A stretch of DNA of 54,975 nucleotides. It comes from Saprolegnia diclina VS20 (Eukaryota). Each line of letters starts with the position of its first letter. Position 1 is the first letter of the stretch. The DNA lies in NCBI RefSeq assembly GCF_000281045.1, contig NW_008246122.1, positions 106,807 through 161,781 on the forward strand. The letters are read 5' to 3'. The translations under genes were made by a program, and so were the position numbers. Below are positions 12,780-24,218 of the stretch, in pieces. The notes under the pieces are model-generated. The model was not told where the DNA came from, did no database searches, and saw only the letters and a list, made by a program, of their open reading frames with translations.

Positions 12780-13341
12780 ACCTTGGTGCGAGTGAAACTT
12801 ATATTTGTAAATAATCGATGCATAGCTTCTCGCCGCTCGCGCAAGCTGATTTGGCCAACTCCGCCCGCAGCGCTCTTGCGGTAGCTTAAAAGTGTCTTGA
12901 GGTCCGTCGCCGCTTTGGCCTCGTCGATGAGCGCGTGCCACTTGGTCATCAGCGACGCATTTGCATCCGGCGTGTGGCTTCTCGCAAGCTTGGCCAGCAC
13001 CCCCCACCGGCGCTTGGTCGCGCTGCCTGCATTCCACATCGCTCACATTGCGTGCTCCCGAATTAGCGTGGCGCACAGCTTCACTATCGCTAGGAGCGCT
13101 AAATTAATTTGGCCTCTTAAGGACTGAAGTGTTGCAGTGCAATGCAGCAAGAGACTACATACAGCTCTGCAATGGGCAGCGACGACACGCATCGAACCGC
13201 CAAGACCAACCGGTAGAGCGTTGCACGCTTTTCACCCAACCGGTTAGGATTGGTCAGCCGAACAACTGACCAATCTTAACGGTTTAACCGACTCTTAAAA
13301 CGCATACACATGGATGATATCGTGTTTCAGAGGTGATAGCG

Positions 13342-13826
13342 ATGGCCGACCCGGCGCGCTCGGACGGAATCAAGGTCCTCGAGGACGCCCAGCGCAAGCT
13401 GGACGAAGCGCTGGCCAAGATGGACAAGCAAATCGAAGAGCACGAGCTATCGTACCTCGATGACACGGCCCACGGCAACATCATCCGCGGCTGGGACGGC
13501 TACGCCGACCTCAAGGGCAAGAAGGACATCCTCCTCAAGAAGGTGCGCCCGTACACGATCCACGAGAAGCTCTTCTCCAACTCGAGCATCCCGCCGTTGC
13601 CCAAGGTGGCGGTCGTGACCGAGCCCGCGCCAGCGACCGGTGGCGACGAGTACATGCGATCTGCTACACGGCGCGTGTCTGATGTCATGGGCGTAGGAAG
13701 AAGAAGGCCGAGTCGAAGACGTCCATCAAGGCCAGCACTGCTGCCAGCAAGAACCTCAAGCTCAAGGTCAAGAAGCGCAAGCTCAAGGACACGATCGGGT
13801 CCGAAGACGACGAGGCCGCGCCGTAG
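13342..13826 (+). CDS. EAF6: Eaf6/MEAF6 subunit of NuA4-type histone acetyltransferase complexes (intron 13650-13696)
   Basis: Coiled-coil N-terminus, then KQIEEHELSYLDDTAHGNIIRGWDGY and EKLFSNSS, which are Eaf6 signature motifs. Lys-rich tail after splicing. Confidence 0.85.
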
Positions 13827-14189
13827 CCGCCCATGCACGTCTGCTGGCGGATCTCACTCCTGTTCCTTATCTAATCGCATGGTCATACATGTATGTGTGC
13901 TCTACTGGAGCGACCTGTATGCACAGCACGCTACGATCGCACCTCTCGTCCTCTGCCGCCACGGACGACACCTCGACCAGGATATCTTGATCTTGAAGTT
14001 ATCCTCTGCCTGATCACATCAGAAGATGGCACGGCTACGTGCATGGCCGCTCTTCGTTGTTGAGTATATCTTTTGCCTGCGAATAGGTAGGTTGCCGTTG
14101 GTGGCTATGCAGCCTTTTATTGGTCGGCTATCTAAACTGGTACCAGCGTTTCAAACCGCATTTGTCCTCGATCGGCCTTTCCCGCGACA

Positions 14190-15844
14190 ATGAGCTCGAC
14201 GATGCAGCCGCATCTGACGGCCTTGGACATTTGGGCCCTCGGCATCACGGTCGTCATTGGCGGTCAGTACTTTTCGTGGAACGCCGGCCTCGTCGCCGGC
14301 TTTTACAGCTACTTTGGCGCGCTCGTGCTCATGTCAACCGCGTACATCACGATGGTGCTCTGCCTCGCCGAAGCCTCGAGCATGCTGCCGTTCGCTGGCG
14401 GCGCGTACGGCCTCTCGCGCTGCTCGCTCGGGTTTTACCTTGGGTTTATGATTGGGTGCTGCGAAGCGCTGGAATATTTGGCGTACGTGGCGTCGTCCGT
14501 GCTCAAGATGGGGCACATGCTCGCCATCATCTTCCCGTCGCTCGACGGGTACGAGCCCCTCGTGTGGCTGTGTATCTACGCTGCGGCTATGGTCGTGCAC
14601 CTCTATGGCGGCGCCTTTTTTTGGTTGGCCAACCGCGTCCTTGCCGCTGTCTCGCTATTCGTGCTCCTCGTCTACATCCTCGGCGGTCTCTCCCTCATCG
14701 ATGGCGATATCAACGCAGAGTCGCCGCTGCTGCACGCATTTAGCTTTTCCGAGGTGCTCGGCGCCCTTCCGCTCACAGCGTGGATGTTTGTCGGTATCGA
14801 GTCGCTCAATATGGCCTGCGACGAAGTTCCGCATCCCAAGACGGCGATTCCGAGAGGGCAGATAGCTAGCGTCGTAACGTTGGCGACGACGGGTCTCGCA
14901 ACCTACTTCGTCTCGGCCTTTGTGCCCCCCGGGCTCGATACGCTCGCGACTGCGGTCGTGCCCTTAAACGCGGGTGCGTGGTCGTACTTACGTGTCTCGA
15001 TGTTGATACATTGATTCAACTTGTAGGGTTTCAACGGCTCTTTGGTCTCTCGGAAGCGACGGCGTGCCTCCTCTCGATTCCGGCCACGTACGCGACGATC
15101 GTCGGGTTCATCTTTGCTTTTCGCAAGCTCGGCGGCGCCATTGCCCACTCGAAATTGCTGCCGCCGGTTTGCGCATACGTCAGCGCCACGCGTGGCACGC
15201 CGGTTGTTGTGCTCGTTATCGGGTGCAGCCTCAGCTACGCGGTTTGCCTCGCAGCTTTCTTTGTACCGAGCGTCAACACCCACTTGTTTTCCGTGTGTAT
15301 TTTGAGTAGCTTTTGCTCCTACAGCGCGCAGTGCTACGGCTATGTCTACCTCCGGCGTCGCTTTGGCCACCTCGATCGGGCGTTTACAAGCCCCCTTGGA
15401 ATCCCCGGTGCGATCTTTGCGTTCTGCGTCTGGCAGCTCAACATTATTTCGATTCTCGGCTTCCAGACATCGCCGGGTGTCGCGTTTGGCGCGTTTGTCT
15501 TCCTCTGGGGCCTCCTCACGATGTACTACTATGCTTACGCCAAGCACCACCAAACCATCTCGGACGACGAGCGCAAGATCTTATTTGTCGCGCACGTGGC
15601 CAACTGTACGTTCTGATCGTGAATGACTGGGGTTGTGGTGCAGCTCAGACCCACGCGTGTAGACAATGCCTCGCGCGCGACGCAGACCAAGTCGGGCAAC
15701 AAAAGCCAAATAAAGAAATCGGGGCACTCGAGTCGGCGGGTGCTCGGACAAGGTGCTGCCATCAAGTACCAGATCAAGGTCGCATCCGCGAATCAAACCA
15801 ACAACACGGGCACCACGATGGGCGAGCACACCACAGAGCAGTAA
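14190..15844 (+). CDS. APC-superfamily permease, copy 2 (introns 14974-15026 and 15606-15662)
   Basis: Same motifs and intron positions as copy 1. Conserved QTISDDERKILFVAH before the last intron. Confidence 0.88.
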
Positions 15845-16149
15845 ACTGACATACACAACCCATACGAGTCACGCACCGCGACGGACGCGCGCCATGAATA
15901 ATCCAATAATGAGACGCAATTTGGATACACTAACGTTCAAGTTGCTGCATCTCTGTCGTTCTCAGTCACCGTTGGAGTGAGTTCGCAAAGTGAATAACGA
16001 ATGCAAACGTCAGTATCAACTCATCCAACGGCAGCTAGCCAACGCTCATGTCACCTTCACCTGTGGCGGAATATACGGCTGTGGTACCGCCTCCGTTCTC
16101 CGCCATCAAATCTTTTCCTTGTATTCATTGCACTTGTGTTTCGTCCACG

Positions 16150-17725
16150 ATGCAGCCGACGACCATCGATCTCTACGCGCTTGGTATCACAATCGTCGTC
16201 GGCGGCCAGTATTTCTCATGGAACGCGGGGCTTGTCGCTGGCTTTTACAGCTACCTCGGCGCGACACTGCTCATGGGCGTGGCCTACTGCTGCATGGCGC
16301 TCTGCCTCGCCGAGATCTCGAGCGCGCTGCCGTTTGCCGGCGGTGCCTACGGTATTGCGCGCTGCTCGCTCGGGTTCTATCTGGGCTTTATGATTGGATG
16401 CTGCGAAACTCTCGAGTACATTGCGTATGTCGCGTCGTCGGTGTTGACGCTTGGCGACATGCTCACGATGCTATTGCCAGCCCTGGGCCCCGCGCGGCCG
16501 GCCCTTTGGCTGCTCATTTATGCGCTAGCGTTGAGCTTGCACTTGGCGGGTGGCGCGGTCTTCTGGCGCGCGAATCGGGTCTTGGCTTTCCTCGCGCTGC
16601 TCATCATCGTCGCGTACATACTCGGGTCGCTCGCCGTGACGTCACCAACGGCGAATGCGTCCTCCGATGCTCTCTACCGCTTTGAATTCCGTCAAGTGCT
16701 CAAGCAAATGCCCGAGTCGGCGTGGTTCTTTGTCGGCATCGAGTCGCTCAATATGGCGAGCGACGACGTGGCCAACCCGCGGCAGCAGATTCCGCGCGCC
16801 CAGCTGCTCTGCGTACTCACGCTCACAATACTCGGCATCTCGGTGCTCTCGACGTCCTCGTTTGTCGCGCCTGGCGTCACGGCCCTCGCGACGGCCGCCG
16901 TACCCTTCAACAACGGTTCGATTCTACATTTATTGTCGACTTGATTTGTATCTTGGATGTAGGGTTTATGGCCATGGGACTCTCCATGCATGCTGCCACG
17001 CTATTGTCGCTACCGGCCACGTTTGCGACCATCTTTGGCTTCATCTACTCGTACAGCAAACTCACGATCGCGATCGCCGGGTCCCAGCTCCTCCCGCCNN
17101 NNNNNNNNNNNNNNNNNNNNNNNNNNNNNNNNNNNNNNNNNNNNNNNNNNNNNNNNNNNNNNNNNNNNNNNNNNNNNNNNNNNNNNNNNNNNNNNNNNNN
17201 NNNNNNNNNNNNNNNNNNNNNNNNNNNNNNNNNNNNNNNNNNNNNNNNNNNNNNNNNNNNNNNNNNNNNNNNNNNNNNNNNNNNNNNNNNNNNNNNNNNN
17301 NNNNNNNNNNNNNNNNNNNNNNNNNNNNNNNNNNNNNNNNNNNNNNNNNNNNNNNNNNNNNNNNNNNNNNNNNNNNNNNNNNNNNNNNNNNNNNNNNNNN
17401 NNNNNNNNNNNNNNNNNNNNNNNNNNNNNNNNNNNNNNNNNNNNNNNNNNNNNNNNNNNNNNNNNNNNNNNNNNNNNNNNNNNNNNNNNNNNNNNNNNNN
17501 NNNNNNNNNNNNNNNNNNNNNNNNNNNNNNNNNNNNNNNNNNNNNNNNNNNNNNNNNNNNNNNNNNNNNNNNNNNNNNAAGTCAAAGTACAAGAAAAAGT
17601 CGACGACGACAGCGGGCAAGCCAGCACACTGGAAGCAGCTGCCCAAGGACAGCATTGCAGAGCGGAAAACGGTCGCCGGTGCGCAGCCGACCAAGGCGAT
17701 TGTCAAGGTTGCCCCCGTGTCCTAA
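16150..17725 (+). CDS. APC-superfamily permease, copy 3 (intron 16916-16962; gap 17099-17578)
   Basis: Starts MQPTTIDLYALGITIVVGGQYFSWN. Basic C-terminal tail after the gap ends at TAA 17725. Confidence 0.82.
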
Positions 17726-18379
17726 GAGAAATGCATATATTTGATACCGACGCGAGTCAGTGCTTACTACAGCTACTGCATGTAGCTTTGTACATTCGAG
17801 GCTTTGCCACGTAGCTGGAGGGGCCACAGGTCGCATCCACCACCGTGAAACTTGCCAAACAAGAGTTATATGGACGTACTCTTGTGCTAGAGCACTGCTT
17901 GGTGTGTCTGCTTGGTGTGTCGCAAGGACGAATCTAGTTATAGTTCGAGCAAACCAACCAATCAGATCGTAGTTGCCAACAGCGCACGACACAAATGCAT
18001 ATTACAACAGTATTTCAAAGCTTTGTCTGCGGGCTCGATAACGTCCTGTGCAGTGGTGACAGAGGAATCGCTTCCAACTGATCGGCACACGCTGTACGCT
18101 AGCTGTTGTCGACCGGCGTTGGCGCTCTTCCTGCGTCCCAACAGTGGGAGGTGCTTGTTGAAGGCCATTTTTGACTAATCTGTCTCGACCGTTTCAAGGT
18201 GAGTGCGTTAACGCTCCCTCCTCTCGCTTCCTACTGGACGAGCGTCACCCCGACGTACGCTTGCCGGAGAAAACATTGCAACTTGTCATTGCACTGCGGG
18301 CTATCATTCAACGGCGGGCGTTGGTTTGTAATTTTAGGCTCCAACTACGTCCGATCCCGTCGTCCACACTCGACTCGAC

Positions 18380-20139
18380 ATGGCGCTGTCCACACCTCGG
18401 TACGATGCTTCGTCGGTCGACATTTGGGCGCTCGGTATCACAATCGTTGTCGGCGGCCAGTACTTCTCATGGAACACGGGGCTTGTCGCTGGCTTTTACA
18501 GCTACCTCGGCGCGACAGGGCTCATGGGGTTTGCGTACTGCTGCATGACACTTTGCCTCGCCGAGATCTCGAGCGCGCTGCCGTTTGCCGGCGGCGCTTA
18601 TGGCATTGCGCGCTGCTCGCTCGGGTTCTATCTGGGCTTCATGATGGGGTGCTGCGAAACCCTCGAGTACATTGCGTATGTCGCGTCGTCGGTGCTGATG
18701 CTCGGGAAGATGGTCACGACCATGCTGCCAGATATGGAGCCGCTGCAGCCAGCCATTTGGCTGCTCGTTTACGCCACCGCGCTTGGCGTCCACCTCGTCG
18801 GCGGCATCATCTTTTGGCGCGTGAACCGGATTCTTGCGTTTGTCTCGCTGGTGATCATTGCCGTGTACGTACTCGGCTGCTTTAGCCTCAACACGACCGA
18901 TCTGACTGCCTTCAGCAGCGAGCGCCACGCGTTCGACGCTCACCAATTCCTCCGTGTGCTTCCGACAACCGCGTGGTTCTTTGTCGGCATCGAGTCGCTC
19001 AACTTGGCGAGCGACGACGCGACGTTGCCCCGGCGCGTCGTTCCGCGCGGCCAGCTCGCGTGCATGGCGACACTGCTATTCTCGGGCATTCTTGTGCTTG
19101 TCGCTTCGTCGTTTGTAGCGCCCGGCGACGTAGCCCTTCAAGACGACACCGTTCCGTTCAACAATGGTACCATCGTTTCCACGAGTTGGAGTAAATTTAT
19201 GATGTTCATTAGGCTTCATGAAGATGTTTTCCATTTCCGCATCAACGGCCACGCTCTTGTCGCTACCGGCCACGTTTGCGACCATCTTTGGCTTCATCTA
19301 CTCGTACAGCAAACTCACGATCGCGATCGCCGGGTCCCAGCTCCTCCCGCCCATCTTTCTACAAACGTGGTTTCCACACCGCGTGCACGGCCCCGCGCTC
19401 GTCCTCACGTCCAGCGTCGGCTACGGAGTGTGTTTGGTCACGTACTTTGTGCCGTCGATCGGCGACTCGCTCTTCTCCGTGTGCATCTGCAGTGCGTTCT
19501 GCGCCTACATTGCGCAGTGCATTGGGTTCATCTACCTCCGGCTCTCGTTTCCGCACATTGAGCGCCAGTACACGAGTCCCCTCGGTCTCTACGGCGCCGT
19601 CTTGCCGCTTCTCGTGTGGCTCTTGAACCTCGTGTCGATCGCCGGGTTTCAGAACGACGGGCAGCGCGCGTTCTTGGCGTTTCTAGGCATGTGGGCCGTC
19701 TTTTCCGTCTACTACTTTGCCTACGCCAAGGCGCGGCAGACGTTTTCGGACGACGAGCGCAAGATCCTGTTTGTGGCCCACATTGCCATTTGTACGGATC
19801 GTTTGAAAGATTGAAAGATTGATAGACTCATGACGCTATGGTCTAGTCAACAAGGCGCGAGCGAGCAACAAGAACCAGCGCAAGAAGACAAGCGACCGGC
19901 CCTCGATTGCCAGCAAGCGCACGTCCAGGGCTGGGACAACGACGACCACGAAATCGACCAAGACAACGACCGAAATGGTGTCGTCCAAATCCGGTGACGT
20001 GATCCCGATCACGCCCGAGCTGCGACGCAAGTCGTCGGCGATCCCGCCGTCCACCCGGCGTAAAAGCAGCGCCGTCACCGTCATGATCGTACCTGTCGGT
20101 GGCGCCAAGGGCCCCGCGCGCGAGATTGACGGCCGGTGA
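18380..20139 (+). CDS. APC-superfamily permease, copy 4 (introns 19167-19212 and 19792-19846)
   Basis: Same motifs as the other copies. The last exon encodes a longer Ser/Thr/Lys-rich tail ending at TGA 20137-20139. Confidence 0.87.
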
Positions 20140-20217
20140 CATGCAATATACTACTCGCGCGTTATATTCGGGCGTATATTTGAGGGCGACAATATATAGA
20201 GGATAGAGCAGAAAAAG

Positions 20218-23200
20218 CTAAAGCAGGCTGAGCACGGCCTTGAGGTGCTTGGTCTCTTGGTGGAAGAAATCGTCCACGCACTTGTCGACGCTCTCGTTGT
20301 ACAGCGGTGGCTGGAAGCCTTCGTAGACCGCCTACTCATATACACCGATCAGATAATACTCTCCATATGTTGGCGCACCCCAAAGATATATCCAATATCG
20401 GCATAAATATTGGGCATGGCTTGCGTGACGCCCTTGGGATCGAGCGACGCCTTCATCTTGGCTTCGAGCTGCAGCTTGCGGTACGTAAAGTCGTCCACGA
20501 GGCACTAGACAAGTTCTCAGTCCATCTCGTTCAACTAAAACAGAGACGCGATACCTGGAGCTTGGTCTCGGCCTTCTCAATCGCCGCAGCGCCTTCGCCA
20601 ATCATCTGCTGCAGCCCCGCGAGGTTTTGTTTGTGGTAGCCCATTTGCGTCCCCATTTGGTCCATGTACGCCATGTGCGACTGGATCGCTACGCAACTAA
20701 CATGAGCAAACCCGATGCCAAAGTCGCCGAAAAGTACCGGGCGACGGGGTGTTGGTCTTGTTCCAGCCCATGTTGGAGAGCGACCCGATGCTGTTGAGTG
20801 CATACATGGCCGGGCCATCCGTCTCTTCCCGCGGGTCGAGGAGCGGCGTCGTGTTGAGCACCTCTTGCATGCCCGCCTTCATCTCAGCACACGCGTCCAT
20901 CATCATATCGAACGACGCTTGGAGCTTCCCGAGCTCGCTTTGCAACTCGACGCAGCTCGGCTCGAGGCGCTGCATGAGCAGTAGCATGCCTTGCAGCGAC
21001 CGGAGGCTGTCTTGCTGCACCATGCGCTGCTGGAGCACCGAGACGCCGTTGAGGAGGAAGCGCAAGTACATGCCGAGCACGTGCAACAGCTGCTGGCGGT
21101 ACTGCTGCAGCTGCGAGAGGAGCGTCGGCGACGTCACGACGCCGACGGCCTCGTACACGGCGCAGAGAATGTTGAATGCGTCCATCTCACTGCGATCGTC
21201 GAGGTGGATCGTTGTCTGCACGGTCGACCGCGTGTTCCACGAGAGCGCGCCAATGGCTTGGACGACTTGCCGCACCAAAAGCAGCGAATCCAGAGCACCT
21301 AGACCACATCTCAGATCTGATTTCTCGCAAGCACAAAACGCACCCATGGGCGGCTCGGGCGCCGCGTCGTTGCGCGAAATCGGCGCCGACTTGGGCGCCG
21401 GCGGCACGGCCACGTCCGGCAGCAGCATCTCGGACGTCGTGTTGGCACTCTGCGCCGACGTGGTCGAGACGCCAAAGAGTGAAAAGACCGAGTTGCCAAT
21501 GCCTTTGACGAGGTTCGTCGACTCTTCCTGGAATGTCGACGCGCGTGGCTTGACGACTGCGGTTGTCGTCGGTGGCGTCGGGTTGGATTTTGGCGCGCGC
21601 GCCACCACCATGGCGGTGTTGAGAACGGTCTCGCCTTCCGGTTCGCCTTCGTCGCCTTCTTCAATCATCGTAATCTCGGGCTTGTGCAAGACGCGCTGGC
21701 CGTCAACCACCATGGGCAGCCCCAGCGTGCCGCTGATCTGGTTGCAGATCGTGCTGTTCTCGTTGACCCAGTGCCCAGTCGCTTCCCGAAACTAGAAGGG
21801 TGTGGCTCGTACTCTGTCTGCAAATCCCAAACGTACCTCGTGCAAGAGCCGCTGGACGCGCGCCGGGTCCGTGTTGCGGTGGATCATCTGGATCGGCTCG
21901 ACCGTCGCCGCAATGTCGTTTGCAATGTAGTTTTGCAAACTCAGCACTTCTTTGAAGCAGTGGCGCCAGTTGCGCTCCTGCGTCGACTTCATCTTGTCGA
22001 GCTCCTGCACGCCGAGCTGCGTCATGTCGTTCACAAGCCGACGCATCTCGCCCTGCACGGCTTGCCACGACTGCATGAGCCGCCGGACCTCGTCGCCGCC
22101 GGGGCCATACACGAGGAGGTCGCCGCCGGGGCCCGCGAGAAGCCGCGCCTTGCGGCAGCTCACAATCAAGTCGGCCATGAGCTTGAGCATGCCGTGCATG
22201 CGAACGAACGACTCTACGTCGTCATGAGACATCTTCACAAGGCTCCTGGGTCATGAAATACCGTAGGCCGTCGGCGCGCTATCGGCGGGGAGCGCAACAA
22301 GGCCCGAGTTGGAGGCCTTGAAGAACTCGACGGGCGCGATCTGCGAGTTGCTCTTGGTGAGCACCGCGGGAATGATGGCCGTCGTGTCCATGTCGCAAAA
22401 GACTGCCGAGGTCTCCATGGCCTTGGCCTCCTCGGGCGTCCACTGCAGCAGGAGCGGCTGCGGCGCCTTGTCTTTTTGGTTGGTTGCATACGGACTCTCG
22501 GGGAAGAGTTCCTTGAACGACGGCGTGTTGAGCAGCAACTGCATCATCTGCCCCGACTTGGTGTTCATTGCGTCCTAGAGACGACGCGACGATGAGATCC
22601 TGTAGAAGCGCGGCGAGAGACCTTCATGGCCGCATGCTGCTGCGACTGGAGGTTGCTAATCGTGCAGTCGTTGGGCGCGTTGGGCGTGTTACGGAAGACA
22701 TAAAAGAGGAACTGGACGCCGTGGATGAGCGCGTCCGTGCCCTTCGCTTCGAGGATCGTGAGCTGCTCCTTGGCCGACGCATGCGCCCGCTCCGTCTCGA
22801 TGATGGGCAGCACGCTAGACGCGAGATGAAGATACGACGACATGCCTATGTGCAGTATCTACCGGTATTCGAGGATCTCGCGCACGTCCTTGAGCGTCGC
22901 CATGAGCGACCGCTCGCCCGACCCGCTCGTAAAGAGCTTTTGCTGACCATATTGGATCTTCTTGATGTACTGCATCCGGCACTCGACCTGGTTGACAATG
23001 TACTCGGTCGTGCACGTCGCGGACGCGAGCGTGTTGAGCGCCCACGCCTTGATCTCTTCGAGGAGCAGCGTCCGCGGGTCGTTGAGGTACGCGTTGAAGA
23101 GAACGCGCTCGTGGCGGTCCTTCTGGTACGCGCAGATGCTCGAGATGATGCCCTCGGCCGGGTTCTTGAGCAAACCCGTCATGTCCTGCATCTTGCGCAC

Positions 23201-23398
23201 GAACGTGTGCTCGTCAAAGTCGGCGACCTGCGGCGAGTAGAGCGGGACGCGGAACTTGTCGTCCATCTGCAGGATGTGCGGGAGGTCCTTCGGGTCCACG
23301 TTGTACACCTCGCAGTACGTCTTGTGGAGGAAGCCCATCTGCTCGACCTCGAGGCCCGAGTACCCTCGGTCCCATGGGTTCCATCGGACGCCGGCCAT
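20218..23398 (-). CDS. Uncharacterised multi-exon alpha-helical protein, long paralog (MAGVRWNPW...)
   Basis: Exons join through GT-AG introns into one frame ending ...KHLKAVLSLL* at 20218. The N-terminal half aligns with the gene at 24219-26038, and codon usage is coding-like. Confidence 0.8.
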
Positions 23399-24218
23399 GC
23401 TCGTGGAATGCTCGTCCTGCGGCGAAGACGACAAAAGCAAGTATTGCGGTCGCGAGCAATACGATTAAGCTTCTCTTCACTATAGTATACAAATTCTCCA
23501 TGGGCAGCTGCCTTTTTACGTACTTAATCCAACCATACAAATGTAGAGTGGATTGCCAACGGCGAGAGGGGCGGGTTGATAGCGCACTTGAGCGGGCATG
23601 CCTGTCATTGACAAGGGCTAAACGCACCCAATCTTAGTGTCTTGGCGTCATCGAGCCGACTGGATGATGATGCTGCGGATGCGGATGCTGCATGGAGGAA
23701 GGAATACCCCTGCGTTTCCTTGCTGCGCGAGAAGGGGCGAACGGACGCGGCGTCTCCTGCAGGATCTCGCCGGTCGCCAGCCGCTGTGAGCAACGCTGCT
23801 GCGTAGAGTTGGGTGCACCGATATCGCAGCGCGGCCTTTTCTCAAAGCCACAGAAGGCGATCACATGTAGCAAGCTTGCGCATGGAGCAACCTCATCACA
23901 ATGAGCAGCGAGTGCAAAATAGTACTGGGCGTGGGCTATACTTAAATGTATCATCAGCTGACTATGGCAGAAGCGTGAAGTCAGCGGCCACGTCGCAACT
24001 TGAGAATCGTGGCGCGCTGTCGCAGCATGTCTTTTAGCACCTTCAACTTGATGCGGAAATGGACTTAGGCCTCTATCACCCATCATACAAAAGCAAAGTG
24101 TAACTAAGCACACGTTTTTCTCATGCCGGCAAAGCGCAACTTGAACCCAAAAATATCAAGTCAAGAAAATCACACCATAAAATAACAGCGTCCGATGCTG
24201 GTGTTGATGCTTGACAAA

